From Sphyrna mokarran (lineage: Eukaryota), in contig JAGIQG010000004.1 in assembly GCA_024679065.1 (NCBI GenBank), forward strand, positions 55,304,001-55,368,000: 64,000 bases of DNA. Direction: 5' to 3'. Position 1 is the stretch's first letter, and every line of letters starts with the position of its first letter. This document shows, in pieces, positions 23,431 to 35,200 of this stretch. The notes under the pieces were generated by a model. The model did not search any database. It saw only the letters and a program-made list of their open reading frames with translations, and had not been told where the DNA came from. The translations under genes were made by a program, and so were the position numbers.

Positions 23431-24764
23431 CTATTCCTACTTCTAAGTCCTAGTTCCTATAGAAAAATTTTGTACAAAATGCAATGCAGCAAACTCAAGC
23501 TACATAGTGTTCATTAGAAATTCCCCGGAAGCTGAATAGGGCATGTTAAAACATTATAATACATCCTGGCATTGCTTATAGATAAGAACTATATGCTACC
23601 ATCCTGAGAATTATGCACATCATAAGTTCAGGATTCCTTTCTGTCAGCAATGCAGGCAGTTAACTTTAAACAAAATAAATTCAAATGTCCAATGAAGATT
23701 GTGTATCACATGGTACACAATTCCAATACTCTGCTGCTAAGTTGGATTTTGTTCAACTTTGAGACCACAAAGTCTAATTATGCTGAAGCTGCATTTTGCA
23801 AAACAATGAATTTATTTGTGAGGTATAGGACTATAGAGATTAGAAAATGCTTGTCGATATCAGGCTACAGGTCAGAAGCATGCAGCATTCTCTGCCTGAT
23901 TTTGTTTGGTATTTGACATGTTATGTACAACCTAAGTAGTATTTGCAATAACTTGCAATTATAAAAATAATGTAATGTTTTCTGGTAATGTAGTGCTGTG
24001 TATCTTGCATGCATTTAATCCTGACTCTAGTGCTGTAACTAGAAAGTTTCACTGGTTCTGATAGGACTCTCAGGCTTCTTTCCAAATTCTTTTACTGCTA
24101 ATAATTTCCTCCAATTCTACATTTATTTCTTTCAGCTACATAGCCTCAGGCTCCTGGCAATAAAAAATTTTGCCTGAAATTTGCACAAACAGGGCTCAAA
24201 TTCACCTTGGAATTCTCAGTCCTTACATCTTCTGAAACCTAAAAAAATAATGACCTCTACTGTCATTTGTCCATATATCTATACCATTAAACTGATCTTT
24301 AGAAGTACCCTGCTTATGTAGGAGTAATTTTGTTTTAATGGTATAACATTGCTCATTAATCAGAGAATGTCATGGATACATATGTCATTTTGTTATTCCA
24401 TTATTCATCTACCTGTATCGGGGATCTACTGACTGTCAGTGGCAAATTGTCATGAGGAATTTTAGTTGTGCCTAGTATTTGCTGACCACCATCTCTTTAA
24501 ACCATGCACTCTTGCATTTAGATACAAATTTTAGGATTGTAACTGTAGTGCTCACTACTGTTAGAATGCACTTCTGATTTACCTGCTGCTTTGGACTTCA
24601 TTGTCACAACAGTATCCTCTTTCCCTTCCCTTTTGGGAAAGCAATCTGCAAGATACTCTAGTCACTTAACTATAAATATATATGGTACATGATTATTTAT
24701 TCAGTCTGCCTTCTTTCTTAGTCGCAGATAGCAAATTGTGCTTCAAAGAAGAAAATAAGAAAAA

Positions 24765-24852
24765 ATGTCCCACGCTGTAGAAGCATTGTTGCGAGGCCCT
24801 TTGAAACGCCTGAGACAGCAGCTCCCTGTGAACAACGGCGAAAACAGCTGTG
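24765..24852 (+). CDS. ANLN: Anillin-like first coding exon (MSHAVEALLRGPLKRLRQQLPVNNGENSC); exon starts at 24722 or 24728
   Basis: Polypyrimidine tract with AG at 24721/24727, ATG at 24765, donor G|GTGAGT at 24853, phase 1 matches the next exon; KRLRQQL resembles anillin KRARQPL. Confidence 0.75.
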
Positions 24853-25659
24853 GTGAGTTGAAGGTTAAATTGCAAGCAGTTCTTTCCTGAAAATGCTGCC
24901 AGTTAATGCTACTGAGCTGTAAAAAGTGGATGGAGAGAACCTTGCATTGAAGTTTGCTTGGAATGTGAACTGATAGCCTGGTGTTTTTTATCCCCTCTTC
25001 TGAGATAGCTGCAACAGTTGTTTGAAAAGCATCAAAATGTTTGTGGAATTCCTCTAGGCCTCTTCAAAATGATTGAGTTGAATGCAGTAGTTTGTATTGT
25101 GTTTTAAATTCCATTATTGTCACTATCATATTCTAAATTCTTCCTTTGTACATTAGGAATTACCAGCCTGTGGAGCCCATTGCTCCAGAACCATTGTCAT
25201 ATACCCTTGAAATCCAAAACTGCATTCTTTTGCTAATTGTCAAGTCCCATTTTGTGCATGAACGTATGAAAAGATAAATTCAAACTGACAAGTGTTTTCA
25301 TTAACACTGAGTCACATTGCAACTAAACGATCTAGTTCATTTCAAAGGAAGTAGAACTTGGGAATTTTTTCCCAACTACCAAATGTGGTGAAAAAGACGT
25401 TTCAGGGAAGTGTAGTGGTAAAGTATATTTTGTACACAAGGACATCAACTTCCTTCAGAAACATCTTCATGCTCCCTTTTAATGTAGCATTGCATGACCT
25501 GACACCTTATTCCAAAAGTTTGCCATCTTTGGCAGTCAAGTAGGAAAACCTCTCAACTTTTACCCTAGGTTTGAGCATCTATGTTCCCTTGTTCTTCTAT
25601 GTTTGTCAAATAATAGGACATGGTCTAGTCTTTTCATTAACAACGTGTCTAATCAAATA

Positions 25660-26810
25660 GCACAGAACATAGAACAAAACAGCACTGGAAACAGGCCCTT
25701 TGGCCCAACGAGCCCGTGCCACCACTCCGATGTTCCCACCTCTACCCATGATCCTTGTCTATGTTTATAGATCTATGGATTAAAAACCAAATTTGAGACA
25801 ATGTAGGGAGAATTTCTTTTGCCAATTAGCCTAAGAGCACATCTTTGGGATGTGGGAGGAAACCGGAGAAAACCCACGCGAGCACAGGAGAATGCACAAA
25901 CTCCCACAGACACAGGCCCAAATCCATGTATCTGCACAGCACAGCGATAGTCACTGAGCTGTCATGTTGCCCATCAAATGGTCTAGGTCAAGCGTACACT
26001 AACGGCGTGAAGCAGTAGGATGCTCTCAAAAAAAAAAATCCCAGAGCAGCCCCCTCACGACTCATCGCGTGTATGCCCCTTGTTAGACAACAAGGTGGAC
26101 CAAAGCACCTGTAGGATTAAAAAAACAAGTACATCAATATCATCATCTATTTACACACTTCCTGGGCATCCCCAAGGCTCATGATCCCTATTTTAAATCA
26201 GTTTTCTATACCTCTCCATTCCCATTCTGTTCATGTGCCCATCTAAGTACTTCTTAAATAACTCCAGAGTGGCTGCCTCCACCACTTTACTTGGCAGTGC
26301 ATTCCATACCCCCACCACCTGTGTGAAAAAACTCCCTCTAGCATCCAAATCATACTTTACCCCCCTCCCCCTAAGCTCGTGACCCCTCATGCTATTTGAG
26401 TCCATCCTAAGAAAAAGCTTAACCCTGTTTACTCTCTCTATACCCCTCATAATCTTGTACACCTCTATTAGATCTCCTCTACATCTTTCTAAGAGAAACA
26501 GTCCCAGTTTGCCTAACCTCTCCTCGTAACTCAGACCTTCCATACCAGGCAGCATTCTGGTAAATCTCCTCTGCACTCCAGAGTCTCCACGTCCTTCCGG
26601 TAGTAAGGTGACCAGAACTGGACGCAGTATTCCAAATGAGGTCTAACCAACATTTTATACAACTGCAACATTAAAGGCCAGCTCTTGAAATCTATACCCC
26701 TTCCTATAAAGGCTAGCATACCATATGCTTTCTTCACAACCTTCTCCACTTGCTCTGCCACCTTCAGAGACTTGTGCACCTACACTCCCAGATCCCTCTG
26801 TGTTTCTATA
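25660..26810 (-). mobile_element. 5'-truncated CR1 LINE (ORF2 end 26193-26810) followed by ~220 nt of unique sequence, a V-SINE-like segment (~25800-25973) and a CR1 tail
   Basis: HKSLKVAEQVEKVVKKAYGMLAFI..RPHLEYCVQFWSP; V-domain GCGTGGGTTTTCTCCGGTTTCCTCCCACATCCCAAAGATGTG; tail GGGCCAAAGGGCCTGTTTCCAGTGCTG..CTATGTTCT. Confidence 0.85.
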
Positions 26811-27166
26811 CTGTTGTTGTCTTTCCTTTTATAATTGCCTTAACTTAAGTTTGATATTAGTTTCAAAGCCAAGTTTCTCCCCTCAAACTGAATGTGAAAT
26901 GTGTCATCCTGATTTCCTAGTGTAAACTTCACAAGACTTCCAATCCCTTCAATAATCTAATCTCAACTTCTTTCACTTTTGCTAATGGTTATCAACGATC
27001 AAGTGGCAACCACACACCAATGATCTGTTGACAAATGTGGGTCCATTGTGGCTGGAGACAGGAGAATTTAGTGCATGTGTGCGAAAATCATATGTTTTGA
27101 AAGGGGTGCTGACTATGAAGTGAATATCTTGTTTGTAAATAGTTAACAGAATTCCCTGATTTCCAG

Positions 27167-27373
27167 AACTGCCAGTAGATTTGCTAAAGAAGCAGAAGTG
27201 TTCTTCCTTGGATGAAGAAAGGGAAAATGTTAATCCTGTAGAATCTGTTTTAATTTCCTCCAAGAAGTTTCGAGCCCTTGAGCATGAGATCAAACCAGAT
27301 ACTCCTGTGGTTCCATCAGTGAAATCAAGGCTTCATAGACTGGCCGAACAACGAAAAGCTTGGGATTCAGATG
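27167..27373 (+). CDS. ANLN: Anillin-like coding exon (..KKQKCSSLDEERENVNPVES..PSVKSRLHRLAEQRKAWDSD)
   Basis: TTTCCAG acceptor, G|GTATGA donor, 207 nt, phase 1-1; matches anillin SVKTRMQKLAEQRRRWD. Confidence 0.9.
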
Positions 27374-27454
27374 GTATGACTTCTGAAATGCTGTTTGTCT
27401 TTTAAACTTTCTTTCCACGTTTACAATATTTTACAGTATATTATAATATTTTAA

Positions 27455-27742
27455 ATCATTGGCCTCCTTCTGCAATGCAAGGAGTCTTTCAGCCCATCAA
27501 GCCTGCACTGACAACAATCCTATCCAGACTCGACCCTGTATCCCCATGCATTTACTCTGCTAATCTTCTGACACCATGGGGAAATTTAGTATGGCCAATC
27601 AAATTGAGCCGCACATCTTTGGACTGTGTGCAGAAACCAGAACTTCCAGAGGAAACCCATGCCAACACAGGGAGGGTCACTGAGGCCGGAATTGAACGCA
27701 GGTTTCTGATACAGAGACAGCAGTGCTAACCACTGTGCCATC
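27455..27742 (-). mobile_element. HE1-type V-SINE
   Basis: Reverse-complement tail, V-domain and head (CAGTGCTAACCACTGTGCCA). Confidence 0.8.
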
Positions 27743-27968
27743 CTGTCGTCCTAGAATGATATTAATTTACAATTTTCTCCTCAGTGCAGCCAGTTATATG
27801 TACAGCTCTGTGGGCACTGGTAGTCCTCTGTTACTTCACTTGTCTAATCATGGTAGTAGGAAATTTAGTTGTCTGTCGTGCCCTGCAGTAGCCAAAATTC
27901 AGATGGTCTGATGTTTTGAAATTAGAATGTGGTGCCTTACTGAATCTGCTGCAAGAGCCACCTGACCT

Positions 27969-28248
27969 AGGCAGCACAGTGGTTAGCACTGCTGCTTCAC
28001 AGCTGCAGGGACCTGGTTCGATTTCCAGCTTGGGTCACTATATGTATGGAGTTTGCATGTTCTCCTTGTGTGCAAGTTAGGTTGATTGGCCATGCTTAAA
28101 TTGCCCCTTGGCGTTCTGAGGTGTGTATGTTAGAGGGATTAGTGGGTAAAATATGTAGGGATATGACAATAGGGCCTGGATAGGATTGTTGTTGGTGCAG
28201 ATTCGATGGGCTGAATGGCCTCTTTCTGTACTGTAGAGTTTCTATGTT
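27969..28248 (+). mobile_element. HE1-type V-SINE (internal deletion)
   Basis: GGCAGCACAGTGGTTAGCACTGCTGC head, GGTTCGATT B box, CR1-type tail. Confidence 0.85.
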
Positions 28249-29300
28249 CATTGTTTAATTGATACAAACTTGCCTCTGACTGTTGCTTGTTAGCAATTGT
28301 CATGCTGTTCCATTGTACATTGTTAAGTTGAATAGAGTAATTTTAGATAGAGGAAAAGCATTGCATGGTCCCCATTTTAAAAAGGTGGTGCTTTTTCTAT
28401 GCTTAGAAAGTTTTTTAAACTAAGTGCTTAAAGTGCCCAAAATGAAACATCCAAATTGAAAATTTGTATTGTAAGGCTGAGTGGCAGGTTTTTAGGTATT
28501 TGAATTCAGCTTATCAATTTGAATTGGGCATCTAGATACCAAGACTCTATTAAACTTAAATCTGAAGGTTTTGGAAACCTGGACCCATTCTTTTATAGGG
28601 GATGTTAATGTCATCACAGATATAAAAGGAAAGGGGCAGTGTGACAGAAGAGGTGAGCACCTGCCACAGTTCATAGCTTTTTAGGTCAAAGCCTCATCAG
28701 ATAGCAGAGAAGGCCTAGAATTCTCCAGAAGAGAGACAACCTGGTTGAAATTTAGTGATTTAAAATTTTATTTTTAATAAGTGGGATTTGTATTTATCTG
28801 AACAGTATTCCATTAAAATCATTTTAATTGATTTGTTAATAGTTTAGTTGTTCACTGTTAGGCAAAAATTGTTATTTGTTGACTTTAGTGAGGTGAGTCA
28901 GGGAGTTATTTTGATTTAACAACAAAGTTTCTGAAGAGCAGATCATACCACTTCTCACACTTACAGATTGTGAGGTGAGCTACTCCCCTTTGAGTGGTTA
29001 GGTGTTAGTTCCCAGAGGGGCATCCCGCCTCTGCTTCTTAGCAACATGATGTTCACACATACTTAATTGTTACTAAAACTATGTAAATGTAAATTTAAAT
29101 GTTTAGCAGCAAGTTGTTAGTGAGGCATTCAGCATTTATGTACTGTTTAAAATAGCCTGGCAGTTATAGGCAAAAGCTAAAAATTCTGAGGTTAACATAC
29201 ACAATCTTGCAAAGAAAATTATTTTGATGCTTTGGAGATGGCTTGTTTATATAATTTAAGTGGTGAGCTGATAGCCAATAACTATTGTTTTAACTCTCAG

Positions 29301-29410
29301 GATTTTTTTGTGATGAACCAATATCTTTGGGAGTAAAACATGAACAAGTCTTTCCAGAAGAAGCCACTAAATCCTGGAAAGATGATCTAACTAGACCTGC
29401 GATTAAGAAG
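29301..29410 (+). CDS. ANLN: Anillin-like coding exon (FFCDEPISLGVKHEQVFPEEATKSWKDDLTRPAIKK)
   Basis: CTCTCAG acceptor, AAG|GTACCT donor, phase 1-0; ATKSWKDD resembles anillin ATICSWEDD. Confidence 0.75.
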
Positions 29411-29710
29411 GTACCTAAATCTGCCCATGGTTTGAGTCTTAAAATGACCACATTCTTTTCATTATCTGAACTGTGGGAAGGGAATATACAAACTCATTTA
29501 AGTGCCTTTTGATATTATCTGGGATGCATATACCTTCTCTTCCACTCTTCTAAACGGAACCTTAAGGATATAGTCATAATGCATTCTCTTTTCTTAATGG
29601 CATGGTCTTGTGATGTGTAAGTTATTGAATACTAGTACACCATAAGCAAAGGACTAAGTGATATAGTTTGGCCTTGTTTTAATAGGTCAGTTTTAAAAAA
29701 AAAAACAGTT

Positions 29711-29890
29711 AAGTCACCATTGGCCCAGTTGACCATATGCTGCTTTTCTCATGAGGGAGTGGGCTGACTGGTGATTTAATCTAAAGCAAGTTTGAGAAGT
29801 TAAGCCTTCATGAATAACTTCAGCTGGTATGAAAATTAAACCCATACTATTGGTGTCACTCTGCAACACGAACCAGAGCTACACTAGTTC
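29711..29890 (-). mobile_element. Short tRNA-derived SINE relic (a third family)
   Basis: Reverse complement: CTGGTTCGTGTTGCAGAGTGACACCAATAG..GGGTTTAATT..CAGCTGAAGTTATTCATGAAGGC..GCAGCATATGGTCAACTGGGCCAATGGTGACTT. Confidence 0.55.
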
Positions 29891-30954
29891 TCCAAATTAT
29901 AATGCAGGGTGTGAACTATTTGATTTTAATGATTCCTAGTTTAGTAATTCCTTTTCTTCTATTAAAGACAAAACTAGATTTGTGAAAATCAATTGTTGCT
30001 CCTCTTGCACGTTTAATTTCAACTAATGCTCAATTTGTTCCTTCATTTTTACCCAATCATGTCAGTCAATAAATGAATGGGAACAGGAAGATGTGCTGCA
30101 GTGATAAATGTGAAGATCATCCAATCATGAAGCTACAGCTAGATTTTTACATACATCTGTATGGGAATGCTATTGCTACTTCGAGAATGTAAAATATCTA
30201 CACATCTTTACACTCCGCCCCTTCCAGCCAAATGTCATGCTGCTGAAAACTCAGTGTTCACTTTGTTCTGTCAAAATTGTTTTCATGCTCCAGTTTCGTA
30301 CAGTTGGATACTTATTGTGATCAGCACATCTTTTCACCACCTGTATTCAAATTGGCAGTCTGTTCTGCTTTAAAAGTGGGACCATAACTAGGCATATTGA
30401 ACATATAACTGCATACAATAAATTGAATCTTCATAGAAAATGAATACTTTTATGAACAATTTTTCTAATTTTAATCCCTACACACCAATCCCCACCCTCT
30501 CCACATTGCAATGTTTTAATTTAATCACCTGAATTTAAAAAAACAAGTCTTGTTAAGATTGACATGTATTGCCCACCTTGGTCTTTTTTCACGTTGCTTC
30601 TATTTGCATCTGAAAATAACTTCCTAGGCCATTTTCAGAGTGATTAAATGTCCAACATTTGTGTTGTGAATGGAACCATGTGAAGACCACATCAGGCAGA
30701 GGTGCATTTTTCATACTCAAAGATTGGTGAACAAGGGTTTTCTTTTTGGCTATATTGAGGGTTTTTACTTTATGATCCCTAGATTATTAATCCAGGCATC
30801 TAGATTTTTTTCCTCTACCAACAGAGTGGCTACACTGCTCTATCCATGTGGTACAGTTGTATCTCTAGGCACCAGTTGGAAAGCTCAAAGTTGCAAAGCA
30901 CTGCTGTTGAATATTTTTTAATGCCCCAATCTGTTTACTATTACTCACCAGCAG

Positions 30955-31061
30955 GTTGCCAGTGAATCGATCTTCATTCATTCCCAAATTCACATGCCAT
31001 GTTCTCCCTCTGCAGTAAAGTCAAATCAGGAATTTATTTTAGCCCATAATACCAAATTAGT
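30955..31061 (+). CDS. ANLN: Candidate anillin-like exon (VASESIFIHSQIHMPCSPSAVKSNQEFILAHNTKL); donor at 31059 or 31061
   Basis: CAGCAG acceptor, open phase-0 frame of 35 codons, overlapping donors TTA|GTGTGA and AGT|GTGAGC; homology is weak. Confidence 0.45.
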
Positions 31062-31582
31062 GTGAGCTGCAGTTACATATACTAAGATGGCAGGATCAAT
31101 CCTTGATCTGTAAATAGTGAGGTTACTAATGTCTTTTTTGGGAGGCTGAACAAGGAGGATAATAACTTAAAGTTCTAACTCCCAATTGATTAATATCTAC
31201 TAAAAAAAGTTATGGGATTAAGATCAGGTTAAAATCAGTGTCTGTTTAACTAGTTTGCCCTTTGAGGTACCATTGACTGTTAACAACTTGTAAGATGTTG
31301 AGTGCTCTATCTAAAGAAAATTCATCATTCTATAGCCTAGGAAGAAAGAGTTAATCTCATTTAGGATCTGTTACTAAGTTAAATTCTTTCCTAGTGATGA
31401 TTTTGTGTAAAACATTCTTTTGGCAAAAAATGTGGAGGTTAACTGGAGGAAAATTGTAGTTCTATTTTGTTTTTATAACTTGACTTAATCTGTCCTCAGC
31501 AGCTGATTTCCCTGCCACTTGAATTTCTTATTGGCATTATCTAATTTAGATCTCCTAATGAACATTTTAACTGTTGAAACAG

Positions 31583-31649
31583 GCCAGAAAGGAGACTGAA
31601 GAGAGAGCCATCTTCAGTTACACAAAAGAGAAAACTACAAAGATCTCAA
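31583..31649 (+). CDS. ANLN: Anillin-like coding exon (ARKETEERAIFSYTKEKTTKIS in phase 0-1)
   Basis: AACAG acceptor, A|GTGAGT donor; phase 0-1 links the upstream exon to the phase-1 exon at 41345. Confidence 0.7.
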
Positions 31650-31854
31650 GTGAGTGTAATTTGACTTTGAATCCTATGTACCTAATAATTACTAACTATA
31701 TCAAAAGTTCTGTGACTAAGTTACTTCCTAAAACTATTGCACTTTAGTTTTGGCATGCGAATGTGAAGATGCATCTTAGAGGCCAGCAGGTGTACCAGTT
31801 TTTTATTCTGTTTTGGTGAGGTAGCGGGGGGAGGAGAGACTTCTAGTGGTGGTA

Positions 31855-32138
31855 GAATTCCTACAGGTAGCCAATAGACCAATCAAGCCTGCACCCAACA
31901 ATCCCATCCAGTCCTTATCTCTGCACCCCATGTATTCCCTCTGCCAGTCCCTGACAAGGGTCACTTTTACCATGGTCAATCAACGTAACCTGCACATCTT
32001 GAGTGTGGGAGAAAACCAGAGCACCCGGCAGAAACACCCACTGACATGGGGATAATGTGCAAACTCCAGTAACCCGAGGCTGGAATTGAACCGAGATCCC
32101 TAGCACTGTGAGGCAGAGGTAACCACTGTGCCACCGTG
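31855..32138 (-). mobile_element. HE1-type V-SINE
   Basis: Reverse-complement V-domain and head AACCACTGTGCCACCGTGCTG. Confidence 0.85.
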
Positions 32139-32214
32139 CTGCTCATGAGAAATGTCCAACTTTTATAATTTAACTTGACTTCCTGATGTACTGTTGTCAT
32201 CTTGCCTTGCACAC

Positions 32215-35200
32215 GTAGAACATAGAAAAACTATAGCACAAACAGCCCTTCTGCCCACAAGTTGCTCTGAACATATCTCTATTACTATGCTTACCTATAA
32301 CCCTCAATCTTACCAAGTCCCACGTACTCATTTAGAAGTTTCTTTAAAGACTCTATCGAACCCGCCTCCTCCACCACCGTCAGCAGCCAATTCCATGCAC
32401 CCACCACCCTCTGAGTGAAAAACGTACCCATGACATCTTTTGTACCTACTCTCCAGCACCCCTAAATCTGTCTCCTCTTGTGGCAGCCATTTCAGCCCTG
32501 AGAAAAAGCCTGAGAATCCACTCAATCAATCCCCCTCAATATCTTATACATCTCTCAGGCCACCTCTCATCCTTCGTCTCTCCAAGGAGAAAAGACCAAG
32601 CTGTCAACGTAGCCTCATGAGGCATGCCATCCAATACAGGATTGGAACATGCTTGGAAAATCTCCTCTGCACCCTTTCAATGGCTTCCACATCCTTCCTA
32701 TAATAAGGTGACCAGAACTGAGCATAGTACTCCAATTGGGTTTGACCAGGATCTTATATATAGCTGCAGCATTATCTTCCCTGGCTCCTAAACTCAATTC
32801 CTTGATTGAAGGTCAGTACGTCATACGCTGTCTTAAGCACATCCTCTACCTGCGAAGCTGATCGAGTCCTATGAAACAGGACCCCAAGATCCTTCTGATC
32901 TTCCACACTGCTAAGAGTCTTATCCTTTATTATATTCTTTTCATCCCATTTGACCTGCCAAAATGAACCAGCACACATCTGGGTTGAAATCCATCTGCCA
33001 CTTTTCCACCCCCCCAGTCTTGCCTCCTATCTAATGTCTTGCTGCAACTTCTGACATCCCTCCAACCTTTATCATTGGCAAACTTACCAACCCATCCCTC
33101 CACTTCCTCATCCAGGTCATTTATAAAAATCACAAAGAGCAACGGTCCCAGAACAAATCCCTGGGGCACTCCACTGGTTACTGATCTCCATGTAGAAAAA
33201 GACCCATCTACAACCACTCTTTGCTTTCTGTGGGCAAGCCAGTTCTGGATCCACAAAGCAATGTCCCCTTGGACCCCATGCCCCTTCACTTTCTCAATAA
33301 GTCTTGTATGGGGGACCTTATTGAACGCCTTGCTGAAGTCCATATAAACCTACATCTTCCTCCGTCAATGTGTTTAGTCATATCTTCAAAAAAAACTCAA
33401 CCAGGCTCGTAAGGCACGATCTGTCTTTGACAAAGCCATGCTGACTATTTTTGATCATACTATACTTTTCCAAATGTTCATAAATCCAACCACTGAGGTT
33501 AGACTCACTGGTCAATTATAATTTCCTGGACTTTCCCTACTCCCTTTCTTGAATAGAGAAACTACATCTGCAATCCTCCAGAATCTCTCCCGTCTCCATT
33601 GATGACCCAAAGATTATCGCCAGATGCTCTGCAACCTCTTGCCTCACCTCCCACAGTAACCTGGAGTATATCCATCCAGTCCTGGTGACTTATCTAACTT
33701 GATGCTTTTTCAAAAGCTCAACACTTCCTCTTTCTTAGTGTCAACATACTTAAGATTTTCAGCCAGCTGCAAGCCTGCACTAAACCACCAAGATTCTTTT
33801 CCACTGAGTACTGAAATAATGTATTCATTGAGCAACTCTGCTATTTCTACTGGTTCTATACAATCTTTCCCACTGTCATATTTGATAGGTCCTATTCCTT
33901 CACAACTCATCCTGTTTGCTGTTCACACATTTGTAGAACGACTTGGGGTTTTCCTTGATCTTACCTGCCAAGGCCTTCTCATGACCGCTTCTGGCTCTCC
34001 TAATTTCCTTCTTAAGTTCCTGCCGCCAAGTCATGTACTTCTCTGGATTCCTAACGTTACCTAGCTCCCTGAACCTTTCGTACCCTCTTTTTGAGATTCG
34101 TTACAACTTTCGTGCACCATGTTTCCTGTAACCTACCAAAACTTCCCTGTCTCATTGGAACATTGTCGTGCAGAACTCCAAACATTCCTTGAAAATCTGC
34201 CACGTTACTTCTGTACGTTTCCCTGAGAAAACCTTCTTCCAATTTATGCCTCTAATTTTCTGTCTTCATAATTCCCCTTACTCAAGATGAACACTTTCTT
34301 AGCTTCTCTGATCTTATCTCTCTCCAATGCTAGTGTAAAGGAGATAATTATGATCACTATCCCCAAAATGCTGTCCCACTGAGAGATCTGACACCTGTCC
34401 AGGTTCATTACCCAATACCAAATCAATTACAGCCTCTCCTCTTGTAGGCATATCCACCTACTGTGTCAGGAAACCCTTCTGAACACACCTAACAAACTCC
34501 TCCCCCATCTAAACACCTTACCCTAGGGAGATTCCAATCAATATTTGGGAAATTCAAGTCTCCCATCATGACGACTCTATTACATCTCTTCAGGATCTGT
34601 TTCACTATCTGCTCCTCAACATCCCTGTTACTATTGGACGGCTCATAAAAAACACCAAGTAAAGTTACCAAGCCCTTCCTGTTCCGAACTTCTACCCGTG
34701 GAGACTCTGCAGACAATCCCTCCATGGTGTCCACCTTCTGTACAGTCATGGCACTATCTCTGATCAACAGTGCCACTCCCTCATCTCTTTTGCTTCCCTC
34801 CCTCCCTGTCGCTTCTAAACCCAGCACCTGAAGTATTCAGTCCTGTCCCTGAGTCATCCAAGTCTCTAATGGCCACCATGTAATATTTCCAAGCAGCAAT
34901 CAACACTGAGCTCATACACTTTGTTCACAACAGTCCTAGCATTAAAATTGATGTATCTCAAACCATCGGCCTGAGCACTCCCCTTCTCCATCACCTGCCT
35001 ATCCTCCCTCTTACACTGTCAACAATCTCTCTATTTGCAAGCTAACCTCCCCTTTCTTCATTTTGATTCTCTTCCACTCAACCATTCTAGTTTAAAGTCT
35101 CCCCAGTAGCCTTAGCAAACCTTCCCACCAGGATATTGGTTTTCCCCTGGGATTCAAGTGCCATCTGTCCTTTTTGTACAAGTCACACCTGGCCCTAAAA

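Noticed and set aside
24728-24852. Second fully open frame of exon 2 (IANCASKKKIRKNVPRC..)
   Set aside because: It has no upstream ATG, ends in phase 2, and hits stops with every nearby acceptor of the next exon that I tried.
26054-26066. GATGAGTCGTGAG on the minus strand, resembling a hammerhead core
   Set aside because: It lacks the preceding CT and the closing GAC-GAAA.
27969-28035. tRNA-like A/B-box sequences as tRNA genes (also at other SINE heads)
   Set aside because: They are decayed SINE heads continuing into the V-domain, with no complete cloverleaf.
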